From a virus (lineage: Duplodnaviria; Caudoviricetes), in IMG/VR virus record IMGVR_UViG_3300032820_000008, positions 1 to 59,448 of that record: a stretch of 59,448 nucleotides of DNA; one strand, written 5' to 3'. Below, piece after piece: positions 46,870-57,070 of the stretch. The notes beneath the pieces are model-generated. The model was not told the origin of the DNA and did no database searches. It saw only the letters and a program-made list of their open reading frames with translations. Numbering within the stretch: the first letter of the stretch is position 1; every line of letters starts with the position of its first letter. A program made the translations under genes and the position numbers.

Positions 46870-47480
46870 TTCTATTAAGACTTCTCGTTGTCATGCTGGT
46901 TTTACTTACTGCGTGTACTGAAGAAGCAGTTTCAACACCGCCCCCTACGACTATTGATGAACTTGTTACCCAGTTAAAAGCACAATCGCCGCGTGCATCG
47001 GTTAAGTTGTTATTTGTTGTAAGTGCTAAGAAAGGCACTATATCCCGTATAAATAACACGGGTAATCACATACTAACGATAGCGAGAGAGGATTTGTTGC
47101 GTACTATTGCGTTTACAGACCGCCCACAACGGCTTGCCTATGATATATCACCTGCCATGCTTCTTTCGATTTGGCATAGTGGCAAAGATAGTTTTGCGAT
47201 TGATCCACCCAATGCGGTTCTTCTGGACGACGATAACAAGATTGCCATCACGACGTTATCCGACATGATTGACGACTCTGGTGTGTTAACGTTTAAACTC
47301 AATCGCAATGCATATAAAGAAGTGGATGCGGAGGGTCACCCTTTTGATACGGAATTACACCATCCGACATTGGTGATTGACTCCTCGATTATCACAGTAG
47401 CGGGTGTTGCCGGATTATTACGGGCTGGCGCACAGGCATGTGCAGAGGTCGAATGTTACTGGGCATTAGCGGGAGCATAA
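46866..47480 (+). CDS. Lipoprotein
   Basis: Signal peptide with lipobox LLTA|C; 'FTDRPQR', 'PPNAVL'. Confidence 0.7.
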   Translation: MILLRLLVVMLVLLTACTEEAVSTPPPTTIDELVTQLKAQSPRASVKLLFVVSAKKGTISRINNTGNHILTIAREDLLRTIAFTDRPQRLAYDISPAMLLSIWHSGKDSFAIDPPNAVLLDDDNKIAITTLSDMIDDSGVLTFKLNRNAYKEVDAEGHPFDTELHHPTLVIDSSIITVAGVAGLLRAGAQACAEVECYWALAGA

Positions 47481-47728
47481 TGGAACCTACAGGCTTATTT
47501 AGTTTAGAGACTGTTGAAAAATACGGTCTTCCTCTTGTATTGCTGTTGGGCGCTATTTACGCGCTGTATCGGTTTGTATCTTGGAGCCTCATTGACGTCA
47601 AAAATGAATTTGGCAGGTATCATATTTCACATGCAGAAGCGATCAGCCGCCTACAAGTTGATATTGTTGAGATGAAGACAGAACTACGCTTACTCGCGGA
47701 ATTTATTAAAAAAGAATCTGATAAATGA
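47480..47728 (+). CDS. Small membrane protein
   Basis: TM helix 'YGLPLVLLLGAIYALY' plus coiled coil; overlaps both neighbours. Confidence 0.6.
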   Translation: MEPTGLFSLETVEKYGLPLVLLLGAIYALYRFVSWSLIDVKNEFGRYHISHAEAISRLQVDIVEMKTELRLLAEFIKKESDK

Positions 47729-49374
47729 GTGCTGCTGTTAAAGAAACACGGCCCTATAACAAATCAGAAGCACTACTCCCGCAGTTAACCGCTGTGGAGC
47801 TAGATAATCTGTTGAAGCTGCTGCCGCATCTGAGTGAGAAAGAGCAACAGGACATCTTCAATGATTTAACAACTTATGAAGAGTTGTTAACTAAGGAAAC
47901 TGCACAGGCAGATTTTATAGAGTTCGTACAACTGATGTGGCCCGAATTTATTATGGGTCGGCATCATAAGATCATGGCGAATGCGTTTGAGCGCGTACTC
48001 AAGGGAGAGTGTAAACGCTTGATTGTTAACATGCCGCCGCGTCATACCAAGTCGGAATTTGCTTCATACCTGCTTCCGGCGTGGTTTTTGGGTAGATTTC
48101 CGCATAAAAAGGTCATTCAGACCTCCCATACAGCAGAATTAGCCGTGGGATTCGGTCGGAAAGTGCGTAATTTAGTTAATAAAGACGAATATAGGGATAT
48201 TTTCCCCAATACAGCCCTTCAAGCGGACTCAAAAGCGGCAGGGAGATGGAATACCAGCCTTGGCGGCGATTACTTTGCTATTGGCGTAGGTGGTGCAGTT
48301 ACCGGTAAAGGTGCTGATTTGCTCATTATTGATGACCCGCATAGTGAGCAGGAGGCGACTTTAGCCGAATCCAGCCCTGAAATTTACGATAAAACCTACG
48401 AATGGTACACATCCGGCCCCCGTCAGCGGCTTCAACCCGGCGGCGCTATCGTGGTGGTGATGACCCGATGGAGTAAACGCGACTTAACGGGCAAAGTTAT
48501 CAAATCCAGTGTGCAAAGAGATGGCGAAGAGTGGGAAGTTATTGAATTTCCTGCAATTATGCCGTCAGGAAATGCACTTTGGCCTGAATTTTGGTCTCTT
48601 GAAGAACTGAGTACGCTGAGAAATGAGCTTCCGCACTCTAAATGGTCCGCGCAGTACCAGCAAGACCCTACCTCCGAAGTAAGCGCCATCGTAAAACGTG
48701 AATGGTGGCAGATTTGGGAGAAAGAAGACCCGCCTGCGTGTGATTTTGTATTGATGTCATGGGATACAGCGTTTGAACGGAATACTAGGGCTGACTACAG
48801 TGCTTGTACGGTGTGGGGTATTTTCTATCAGGCTGGCGCACCTGCGGTTGAGATAGAAAATGAGACAGAAGAGCAACGGGTCAAGTTGCAACAAGGACTC
48901 CCACAAGCAAACATAATTCTGTTGAACGCCTACCGTGATCGGTTGGAATTTCCAGAACTAAAACGGCTCGTTATGGAAGAATATAAGATATGGGAACCGG
49001 ATAGCATCATCATTGAGAAAAAAGCGAGTGGCGCACCACTTATATACGAGTTGCGTTCGATGGGTATCCCGGTACAAGAATTTACTCCTACAAGGGGTAA
49101 TGACAAAATTACACGATTAAACGCAGTGTCTGACATTTTTGCATCAGGAAGAGTATGGTATCCGCCCAAGAGATGGGCTGAAGAAGTGATAGAAGAAATT
49201 GCGAGTTTTCCATCGGGTGAGCATGATGATTATGTTGACTCTACATCGATGGCGCTTTTACGATTCCGTAAAGGCGGTTACATCCAGACCACGATGGATG
49301 AGCCAGAGGAAGAATACACCGCTAGGGAACTTTGGCAGTATAAATTACATACCAATAGAACAGCGTATTACTAA
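47725..49374 (+). CDS. terL: Terminase large subunit
   Basis: MPPRHTKS (Walker A), IIDDP (Walker B), MTRW, YQQDP, SWDTA, HDDYVD. Confidence 0.95.
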   Translation: MSAAVKETRPYNKSEALLPQLTAVELDNLLKLLPHLSEKEQQDIFNDLTTYEELLTKETAQADFIEFVQLMWPEFIMGRHHKIMANAFERVLKGECKRLIVNMPPRHTKSEFASYLLPAWFLGRFPHKKVIQTSHTAELAVGFGRKVRNLVNKDEYRDIFPNTALQADSKAAGRWNTSLGGDYFAIGVGGAVTGKGADLLIIDDPHSEQEATLAESSPEIYDKTYEWYTSGPRQRLQPGGAIVVVMTRWSKRDLTGKVIKSSVQRDGEEWEVIEFPAIMPSGNALWPEFWSLEELSTLRNELPHSKWSAQYQQDPTSEVSAIVKREWWQIWEKEDPPACDFVLMSWDTAFERNTRADYSACTVWGIFYQAGAPAVEIENETEEQRVKLQQGLPQANIILLNAYRDRLEFPELKRLVMEEYKIWEPDSIIIEKKASGAPLIYELRSMGIPVQEFTPTRGNDKITRLNAVSDIFASGRVWYPPKRWAEEVIEEIASFPSGEHDDYVDSTSMALLRFRKGGYIQTTMDEPEEEYTARELWQYKLHTNRTAYY

Positions 49375-49385
49375 AGGTAATAGTT

Positions 49386-51911
49386 ATGGCTATAGATCCA
49401 ACTGCACCTGAATTAGAAGTAGTTTTTCCTGACGGGCGTCCTGTTTCCGAGTTTACAGAAGATCAGGAAGACATGGGTACGGTCTTAGAGTTTGATGTTT
49501 CTCCCGAGGGCGGCGTTCAACGAACATCTTTAGAAATTATAATTCCTGTGGATGAAGAGGAAGATGATTTTTATGCAAACCTTGTTGACGAAATATCAGA
49601 AGAAGATCCTGATGTCTTGGAAGCAGTTGCGTCCGATCTATTAAAAGATTTTGAAACTGATTTAAGTTCCAGAAAAGATTGGCTTCAGACTTATGCTGAT
49701 GGTTTAGAGTTACTAGGGTTAAAAATAGAAACCCGTACCGAACCGTGGGCTGGTGCGTGTGGGGTTTACCATCCTTTGTTAGCTGAAGCACTTGTAAAAT
49801 TTCAATCCGAAACGGTAATGGAAACATTACCTTCTAGCGGCCCTGTTAAAACAAAAATCATTGGTAAGGAAACACCGGAGAATAAAGCTGCCGCTGTTAA
49901 TGTCGCTGCTGATATGAATTATTGGTTGATGGACAAGATGCCGGAATATCGTGGAGAGCATGAACGCATGTTGTGGGGCTTAGGTCTTGCGGGTAATGCG
50001 TTTAAAAAAGTTTACTACGATCCAACAAGTTGTCGCCCCGCTTCTATCTATGTACCTGCTGAAGATATTGTTGTGCCATATGGCGCAAGCAGTTTGGACT
50101 CTGCGGAACGTGTCGCGCATGTTATGCGCAAAACAGAAAATGAAGTTCGTAAATTACAGGCGGTTGGGTTCTATAGGGACATTGAATTAGGCGCTCCTGA
50201 AAGTGCTGCATATGTAGATGAAATAGAAAAAAAGATTGCAGAGAATATGGGGCTTAATGCTGCGTCCGATGATCGGTACACCATCCTCGAATTCCACGTT
50301 GATATTGATTTAGAGGGATATGAAGATGAGGATGACGATGGTGAATCTACAGGAATTGGATTGCCCTATATTGTTACGCTCGATAAAACCAACCAAGTAG
50401 TTTTAGCAATTCGTCGTAATTGGCTAGAAGATGATCCTAAGAAAATGAAACGGCAACATTTTGTCCATTACCCCTATATACCGGGATTTGGTTTTTATGC
50501 GTTTGGTTTGGTTCATTTGTTAGGTTCATTTGCAAAATCAGGAACGTCTTTAATACGTCAGCTTGTTGATGCTGGAACACTAAGTAATCTTCCCGGCGGT
50601 TTTAAAACTAAGGGGATGCGTGTTAAGGGTGATGACACGCCAATATCTCCTGCTGAATTTCGTGATGTTGATATTGCCAGCGGTGCGCTTAGAGAAAATA
50701 TTATGCCGCTGCCTTACAAAGAACCAAGTCAGGTTCTATTTCAACTAATGCAAAGTATTGTTGAAGAAGGTAGACGGTTTGCGTCGATTGCTGATTTAAA
50801 AATTAGTGACATGTCGTCGCAATCGCCCGTAGGCACGACATTAGCAATTCTTGAACGCACATTAAAAGTAATGTCGTCGGTGCAATCGCGTGTTTACGCG
50901 GCAATGAAACAAGAATTTAAAATCCTTGCTCATATTATTAGGGAAGATACTCCCGCTGATTATTCTTACGAACCCATGCAAGGACGACCTTCCGTTAAAC
51001 AGTCCGATTATGACATGGTGGAAGTAATTCCGGTTGCTAATCCAAATTCTTCGACGATGGCTCAAAAAGTTGTGCAGTATCAAACGGTGCTTCAATTGGC
51101 GCAAACGGCTCCTCAATTGTACGACCTGCCACAGCTACACAAACAAATGTTGGATACGATAGGGATAGATAACGTTAATAAACTTATTCCGACTGAAGAA
51201 GATGAAAAACCAATGGACCCAGTTTCTGAAAACATGGATATTATTACTGGTAAACCGGTAAAAGCTTTTATATACCAAGATCACGAAGCGCATATCCAAG
51301 TTCATTTAAATGCGGCGCAAGATCCTTACATACAGGGGATCATGCAAAATAATCCTAATGCACAAGGAGTAAACGCGGCTGGGCAAGCTCATGTTGCGGA
51401 ACATGTAGCATTTTTATATCGCGCTAAATTGGAAGAACAACTTGGTGTACCACTGCCACCGCCTGATGAGCCGTTACCAAAAGAAGTGGAAATGGAACTT
51501 TCCCGTCTTGCAGCTCAAGCATCTCAAAAATTGTTGCAGGAAAACACAGCTCGGAAACAACAGGAGGCTGCACAAGAAGCTGCACAAGATCCAGTTGTTC
51601 AGATGCAACAACAGGAAATGCAAATCAAACAAGGAGATTTGCAGCGTAAGGTCACAAAAGACCAAACAGATGCGCAATTCAAACAGGCAGAACTTGCTGT
51701 TGATACGAAGGCTAAGGAAATGGAACTTGCCCTGGATGCGGAACGCATTCAATCGGAAGAAAAACAAACACTTGCAAAAATCCTAGCAGATAGCCATAAA
51801 GAAGAAGAAGTATTAAATGTTAAACAGTTGATTGAAGGAGCTAAAATGGGTATACAGAGCACTGCCATAAACAATAAAAAAGAACAAAATACCATGGAAG
51901 ATAATGAATGA
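49386..51911 (+). CDS. Portal protein
   Basis: 841 aa directly after TerL; 'HPLLAEA', 'GNAFKKVYYD', 'RQLVDAGTLSN', Gln-rich barrel-like C-terminus (P22-like). Confidence 0.88.
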   Translation: MAIDPTAPELEVVFPDGRPVSEFTEDQEDMGTVLEFDVSPEGGVQRTSLEIIIPVDEEEDDFYANLVDEISEEDPDVLEAVASDLLKDFETDLSSRKDWLQTYADGLELLGLKIETRTEPWAGACGVYHPLLAEALVKFQSETVMETLPSSGPVKTKIIGKETPENKAAAVNVAADMNYWLMDKMPEYRGEHERMLWGLGLAGNAFKKVYYDPTSCRPASIYVPAEDIVVPYGASSLDSAERVAHVMRKTENEVRKLQAVGFYRDIELGAPESAAYVDEIEKKIAENMGLNAASDDRYTILEFHVDIDLEGYEDEDDDGESTGIGLPYIVTLDKTNQVVLAIRRNWLEDDPKKMKRQHFVHYPYIPGFGFYAFGLVHLLGSFAKSGTSLIRQLVDAGTLSNLPGGFKTKGMRVKGDDTPISPAEFRDVDIASGALRENIMPLPYKEPSQVLFQLMQSIVEEGRRFASIADLKISDMSSQSPVGTTLAILERTLKVMSSVQSRVYAAMKQEFKILAHIIREDTPADYSYEPMQGRPSVKQSDYDMVEVIPVANPNSSTMAQKVVQYQTVLQLAQTAPQLYDLPQLHKQMLDTIGIDNVNKLIPTEEDEKPMDPVSENMDIITGKPVKAFIYQDHEAHIQVHLNAAQDPYIQGIMQNNPNAQGVNAAGQAHVAEHVAFLYRAKLEEQLGVPLPPPDEPLPKEVEMELSRLAAQASQKLLQENTARKQQEAAQEAAQDPVVQMQQQEMQIKQGDLQRKVTKDQTDAQFKQAELAVDTKAKEMELALDAERIQSEEKQTLAKILADSHKEEEVLNVKQLIEGAKMGIQSTAINNKKEQNTMEDNE

Positions 51912-52099
51912 ATGTTTTTGATTTAATTGATAAAGAAATAGTAGAGAAACATAATTCCTTGTTATCCGCTTTAAGCGCGGGCCATGTAAAAGACTACGCT
52001 GAATATAAATATATATGTGGCGTTATAAGTGGGCTTCTTGGTATTAAGGAATATGTTAATAGCATTAGAGAAAAATTAGAGGGTGAAGAATATGAGTAG
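51908..52099 (+). CDS. Hypothetical protein
   Basis: 'G..KDYAEYKYICGVISGL'; between portal and GroES. Confidence 0.65.
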   Translation: MNVFDLIDKEIVEKHNSLLSALSAGHVKDYAEYKYICGVISGLLGIKEYVNSIREKLEGEEYE

Positions 52100-52469
52100 C
52101 AATGCTGAAACTGTAGTAGATATTGGTGTTGAAGAAACAGCAACACAGCTACCAACCCCTACAGGGTGGAAAATTCTTTGCGCTGTTCCTGATATTGAAG
52201 ATGAATTTGACAGTGGGATATTGAAATCAGAAGAAACCAAGCGTAATGAAGAGGTGCTATCTGTAGTCCTGTTTGTTATTGCGTTAGGGCGGGATTGTTA
52301 TGCTGATAAAGACCGATTTCCATCTGGCCCTTGGTGCAAAAAGGGTGATTTCATTTTGGTACGCGCCCATACGGGGTCGAAACTTAATATCCATGGAAAA
52401 GCGTTTCGTTTAATTAATGATGATGCTGTGGAAGCAGTAGTACAAGATCCCCGTGGGATTCATAGGTAA
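52092..52469 (+). CDS. groES: GroES-like co-chaperonin
   Basis: P.GWKIL, SGIL mobile loop, 'WCKKGDFIL', 'FRLINDDAVEAVV'. Confidence 0.8.
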   Translation: MSSNAETVVDIGVEETATQLPTPTGWKILCAVPDIEDEFDSGILKSEETKRNEEVLSVVLFVIALGRDCYADKDRFPSGPWCKKGDFILVRAHTGSKLNIHGKAFRLINDDAVEAVVQDPRGIHR

Positions 52470-52498
52470 CAGTTGTTTAAAATCAAGAGGATAGTTCT

Positions 52499-53506
52499 AT
52501 GCCACAAACAGCATTAGAAGAGACAGAATTAACTGAATCTGTTGTAGGCGCTCTACCAGAAGTTGAGCCAGATGAAAAACTTGAAGAAAATCAAGAGTTT
52601 GAAGTCATTATTGAGGATGATACGCCTCAAGAAGATCGTCAACGCGATCCAATGCCAGAAACTATTGTCGATGACCTCGAAAATGATGAATTAGAGGAAT
52701 ACTCAGCCGAAAAAACCAAACAGCTTAAAAAAGTTTGGCACGATGAACGCCGTGCAAAGGAAGCAGCAGAACGGGAACGTGAAGCTGCGGTTGCTTTTGC
52801 CAAACAAATAATGAGCGAAAACAATGCGTTAAAGCATGATCTAGGTAGAGGGGAGGAAATGCTGGTCGGTACAGCTAAAACTTCTGCTACTAATGAACTA
52901 GAAGTTGCTAAGAAAAATTTTAAAGAAGCCTACGACGCTGGGGACGTAGATGCAGTAACAAATGCGCAGGAACAATTAGTTTCAGCAAAGATGAAACTCC
53001 AATCGGCTGAAAATTATGTTACACAATATGATCCAGAGGCTTTACAAAACGAACAAAATAATATAAATAATGCTGTAGAAGGTGATTGGTCTGCACAACA
53101 GGTTCCTCAACAGGAACTACCTCTACCAGATGAAAAGGCCGTTGCGTGGCAAAAACGCAATCCTTGGTGGGGTCAAAAACGTGATATGACCAGCCTTGCG
53201 TTTGGTTTGCATGAAGATTTAGTTATGAACGGTGTAGACCCAACGTCTGATGAGTATTATGAAAGCATAGATACAAATATGCGGAAAAGGTTTCCTGAAG
53301 AGTTCAAACAGGAAGCAGAGGAAGAAACAAGTTCACCAAAACGAACGAGAAAGTCCCAAACGACTGTGGTTTCCCCTGTTAAAAGAACCACTGGTTCAAG
53401 GAAAGCAGTGATAACAGCATCAGAAAAGAGACTTGCAGACAGACTACAGCTTACACCCGAAGCGTATGTAGCTGAAAAACTGAAATTGGAGGCACAACAT
53501 GGCTGA
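52499..53506 (+). CDS. Capsid scaffolding protein
   Basis: Acidic, coiled-coil; 'W..RNPW.G', 'L..TPEAY'; upstream of the capsid genes. Confidence 0.65.
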   Translation: MPQTALEETELTESVVGALPEVEPDEKLEENQEFEVIIEDDTPQEDRQRDPMPETIVDDLENDELEEYSAEKTKQLKKVWHDERRAKEAAEREREAAVAFAKQIMSENNALKHDLGRGEEMLVGTAKTSATNELEVAKKNFKEAYDAGDVDAVTNAQEQLVSAKMKLQSAENYVTQYDPEALQNEQNNINNAVEGDWSAQQVPQQELPLPDEKAVAWQKRNPWWGQKRDMTSLAFGLHEDLVMNGVDPTSDEYYESIDTNMRKRFPEEFKQEAEEETSSPKRTRKSQTTVVSPVKRTTGSRKAVITASEKRLADRLQLTPEAYVAEKLKLEAQHG

Positions 53507-53981
53507 AGGTACTAGACCCGTAGGACGACCCCCTCGCGAAAGTAGGGAGGGAGAAGTTCGTGCTAAAAAGGAACGTCCAAAAGAATGGACGCCTCCTGAG
53601 TTGTTACCGAGTGTAGATGAAGAAGATGGTTATTCTTATCGCTACATTCGCACAGCTACAATGGGCCAACCAGATCCTAAAAATGTGTCTGCTAAATTTC
53701 GGGAAGGATGGGAACCTGTAAAAGCTTCGGAACATCCAGAGGCTTTTTCAATGGCCGACTCCAATAGTCAATTTACTGATGTCATAGAAGTTGGTGGGCT
53801 TCTTCTTTGCAAAACAGACGAAGGACTTACCCAACAGAGAGATGCGTATGTTGATAATAGAACAAATCAAGCTACGCAATCTGTTGATAGTAATTACATG
53901 CGTGAAAATGACCCTCGAATGCCTTTGTTTAAGGATAAGTCAACTAAAGTGACTTTTGGTTCTGGGAAAGGAAACGCATAA
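53499..53981 (+). CDS. Head-module hypothetical protein
   Basis: 'W.PP..LP', 'REGWEPV', 'VGGLLLCK'. Confidence 0.65.
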   Translation: MAEGTRPVGRPPRESREGEVRAKKERPKEWTPPELLPSVDEEDGYSYRYIRTATMGQPDPKNVSAKFREGWEPVKASEHPEAFSMADSNSQFTDVIEVGGLLLCKTDEGLTQQRDAYVDNRTNQATQSVDSNYMRENDPRMPLFKDKSTKVTFGSGKGNA

Positions 53982-54013
53982 TTATTTAACGTAAGTTTAA
54001 AGAGGACTTGAGT

Positions 54014-54613
54014 ATGGCTACTTCTGCTACTCCCTATGGGCTAAAACCTATAGGTCTAATAGGTGGGCAATCCTATGCAGGCTCCACCAGACAGATAAAA
54101 ATTGCATCTACGTATGGCACTAATATATTCACCGGTAGCATTGTTAGTATCGTTGCTGCGGGAACGTTGGAAATCGTTACTACTATAGGTAGTAATGCTT
54201 CGCAGTTTCCTGCCGGTACTGTTGGTGTCTTTGTAGGTTGCTCTTACACTGATCCAAGCACTTCCCAGAAAACTTTCAAACAATATTGGCCTACTGGTAC
54301 AGTAGCTACTGATGCTGTTGGATATGTCGTCGATGATCCTGACGTACTATTCATGGCGCAAGCAGATGCGACGGTTCCACAGACAGCTTTGGGAATTAAT
54401 TGCCCACTTGCTGCTGTTCAATCAACTAGTACAGGCTCAACAACTACAGGTAATTCTACTTCCGCCGTAGACGCGACAGTGGCTGTGACGACAGGAATTG
54501 CCTTCAGAATTGTTGATTTTGTTGATAGTACAACATCCACTGTAGGCGATACTTATACTGACTTAATAGTCAAGTTTAATAATCACTCCTACTACAATCC
54601 AGTTGGAATCTAG
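54014..54613 (+). CDS. Capsid decoration/cement-like protein
   Basis: Thr/Gly-rich beta protein immediately upstream of the major capsid gene. Confidence 0.55.
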   Translation: MATSATPYGLKPIGLIGGQSYAGSTRQIKIASTYGTNIFTGSIVSIVAAGTLEIVTTIGSNASQFPAGTVGVFVGCSYTDPSTSQKTFKQYWPTGTVATDAVGYVVDDPDVLFMAQADATVPQTALGINCPLAAVQSTSTGSTTTGNSTSAVDATVAVTTGIAFRIVDFVDSTTSTVGDTYTDLIVKFNNHSYYNPVGI

Positions 54614-54626
54614 GGAGTAATTAACT

Positions 54627-55538
54627 ATGGCTATGAGTAGAGCACAACTACTAAAGGAACTCCTGCCGGGGCTTAATGCTCTTTTTGGGCTTGAGTACAA
54701 ACAGTACGGTGAGGAGCACAAAGAAATTTTCGAGCAGGAAACTTCTGAACGCTCATTTGAAGAAGAGGTGAAGCTCTCTGGTTTTGCAGCCGCTCCGGTG
54801 AAAGACGAGGGAAGTGCCATCGCTTACGATAATGCACAGGAAGCATGGACGGCTCGATACAACCACGAAACCATTGCTATGGGATTTTCGATTACGGAAG
54901 AAGCCATGGAGGATAACCTCTATGACTCACTTTCTGCTCGATATACCAAGGCATTGGCTCGTGCAATGGCATACACAAAACAGGTTAAGGGCGCGAATAT
55001 ATTAAATCGTGCTTTTAATAGTGATTACACCTTTGGTGATGGTGTAGTTTTGTGTAGTACCGCGCATCCGTTAGTTTCTGGTGGAACTAATTCAAACCGT
55101 CCCTCCACGGCGGCAGATTTGAATGAAACGTCGCTTGAGTCGGCGGTAATTCAAATTTCTAACTGGACGGACGAGCGAGGGCTTTTGGTTGCTGGTAAAC
55201 CAAAGAAACTCGTTATCCCACCGGACTTGATGTTTATTGCTCAACGATTGTTGAAATCGGAAGGGCGTGTTAGCACTGCTGACAATGACATCAATGCGGT
55301 TAGGTCGATGGGCGTTATTCCCGGTGGGTTTGGCGTTAATCACTACCTTACTGATACTAATGCTTGGTTTGTGACGACTGATATTCCGAATGGCTTGAAG
55401 TATTTTGTCCGTACTCCTATGAGTACATCTATGGACGGAGACTTCGACACTGGGAATGCGCGTTACAAAGCTCGTGAGCGGTATTCGTTCGGTGTATCTG
55501 ATCCATTAGGAATATTCGGTAGCCCCGGATCATCCTAA
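54627..55538 (+). CDS. Major capsid protein
   Basis: 'RAQLLKELLPGLNALFG', 'ITEEAMEDNLY', 'P.KLVIPP', 'YLTD..AWF', 'RYKARERYSFG'; GGGAG RBS; followed by a terminator. Confidence 0.9.
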   Translation: MAMSRAQLLKELLPGLNALFGLEYKQYGEEHKEIFEQETSERSFEEEVKLSGFAAAPVKDEGSAIAYDNAQEAWTARYNHETIAMGFSITEEAMEDNLYDSLSARYTKALARAMAYTKQVKGANILNRAFNSDYTFGDGVVLCSTAHPLVSGGTNSNRPSTAADLNETSLESAVIQISNWTDERGLLVAGKPKKLVIPPDLMFIAQRLLKSEGRVSTADNDINAVRSMGVIPGGFGVNHYLTDTNAWFVTTDIPNGLKYFVRTPMSTSMDGDFDTGNARYKARERYSFGVSDPLGIFGSPGSS

Positions 55539-55551
55539 TAAAAACATAGGA

Positions 55552-55578
55552 AGGGGTACCTAGTACCCCTTTTTATTT
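55552..55578 (+). terminator. Rho-independent terminator after the capsid gene
   Basis: AGGGGTAC-CTA-GTACCCCT followed by TTTTATTT. Confidence 0.8.
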
Positions 55579-55664
55579 AAACTGGGAAAATTAGCCCTAG
55601 CGACTGTCCCAGCAGACGCTTACCAAGACTCTAGGGCAAAACCTTTGGTAAGGAGGTACTAAAA

Positions 55665-56171
55665 GTGGCTAAAACTACTTTTTCCGGTCCTGTTCGATCT
55701 CTGGCAGGATTCATTAATGCGGGTTCAACGGGTGTCGTTAGTCTAACGTCTGACACGACTTTGACTGTTGCAGCTCACGCAGGAAGACTACTACTAACTA
55801 ATGACGCCGATGGCAAATTCACGTTGCCGTCGATTGACGTTACAACGCCCAGTGATCCGACAGATCCTACTCAACTCAATAATCTTGGTGCGACATTCAC
55901 CTTTTTGGTAATTACCGCAGCCACGGATATGGATATTTTGACCGATGGAACAGATAAGTTTGTCGGTGGACTTTATCTTGGTAAGAGTGATGCAGCAGGT
56001 AAGACCTTTATGTCTGGCGGATCGAACGATGTCATCACAATGAATGGCACTACCAAGGGCGGTATTGTTGGCACGGTAGTTACCTGTTACGCAGCAGCTA
56101 GTGCAAAATATGTTGTTAGTGGAATTGCCCTTGCTTCCGGTACAGTGGTTACTCCATTTGCTGACGCATAA
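55665..56171 (+). CDS. Virion structural protein
   Basis: 'MAKTTFSGPVRS..GF' N-terminus; AAGGAGG RBS, GTG start. Confidence 0.65.
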   Translation: MAKTTFSGPVRSLAGFINAGSTGVVSLTSDTTLTVAAHAGRLLLTNDADGKFTLPSIDVTTPSDPTDPTQLNNLGATFTFLVITAATDMDILTDGTDKFVGGLYLGKSDAAGKTFMSGGSNDVITMNGTTKGGIVGTVVTCYAAASAKYVVSGIALASGTVVTPFADA

Positions 56172-56182
56172 GGGAGGTTGTT

Positions 56183-56431
56183 ATGCCAAATGTAGGCGGC
56201 AGAAAATTTCCTTATACAGCACAAGGTATGCGCGAAGCTCAAGACTATTCTGACATTAGTGGCGTACCTATAAACCGTACATATCGACATGGCGGGGCCA
56301 TAGATATGTACGGTGAAGGTGGTAAGGTTAAGAAAAAGCGTAAAAAACCTAAATCTAAAGTAATAGCTAATGTTGCTAAAACAGGTATTGATGGTAAATC
56401 GCGTGTAAAAACTAAAACCAAATACTGCTAG
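56183..56431 (+). CDS. Small basic protein
   Basis: 'MP.VG..KFPYT..G', xxGG motifs, Lys-rich tail; GGAGG RBS. Confidence 0.65.
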   Translation: MPNVGGRKFPYTAQGMREAQDYSDISGVPINRTYRHGGAIDMYGEGGKVKKKRKKPKSKVIANVAKTGIDGKSRVKTKTKYC

Positions 56432-56440
56432 AGGTGGTTT

Positions 56441-57055
56441 ATGGCTCTTTCAGACGTAAAAGCAGTATTTATTACTGCTGACACAGTGGCACTTGATGCT
56501 GATGGTATATCCGAAGCAGCAGCCGTTGGGGAGGACGCAGCACTCGTAATAGGTGGTGCGTTAGCTTCTGGTGGCTCTTGTACTTTTAACGCAGGACGAA
56601 TTGTAACTATTCTTTCTGCTGGTGATGATTCTGGTATATCGTTTACTGTAACTGGGACTGATGTAAATAGTGATTCCCAAACAGAGTCCATTACAGGTGC
56701 AAATGCAGGGACAGCTACTGGGTCTAAATATTTTTTAACAATATCCGGTATTTCAGCAGTTGGTGATCCCGCAGGTAATGTTTCGGCAGGAGTAAATGCT
56801 TCTGCTGGCAATGTCATCTTTGCGGGTCGTTCCCGCCTTAAAGGGGTATTTACGGTTAACTCTGCAACAGCAGGGACAATTAGTTTTACAAATACCTCTC
56901 CAGCAGGTACTGCTTTGATGAAACTAGGTACTGTTGCTTCGGCTACTGTATCGAGAGATGTCACTGTTCCTGATGAAGGCGTTGTATTTAGTGCAGGTGT
57001 TTATGTGCAATACACGGTTGCTACCTTTACTAACATGACTGCGTATCACGCCTAA
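56441..57055 (+). CDS. Virion structural protein
   Basis: Ala/Gly/Thr-rich beta protein; GAGG RBS. Confidence 0.65.
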   Translation: MALSDVKAVFITADTVALDADGISEAAAVGEDAALVIGGALASGGSCTFNAGRIVTILSAGDDSGISFTVTGTDVNSDSQTESITGANAGTATGSKYFLTISGISAVGDPAGNVSAGVNASAGNVIFAGRSRLKGVFTVNSATAGTISFTNTSPAGTALMKLGTVASATVSRDVTVPDEGVVFSAGVYVQYTVATFTNMTAYHA

Positions 57056-57070
57056 ACAGAGGGTATTAAA

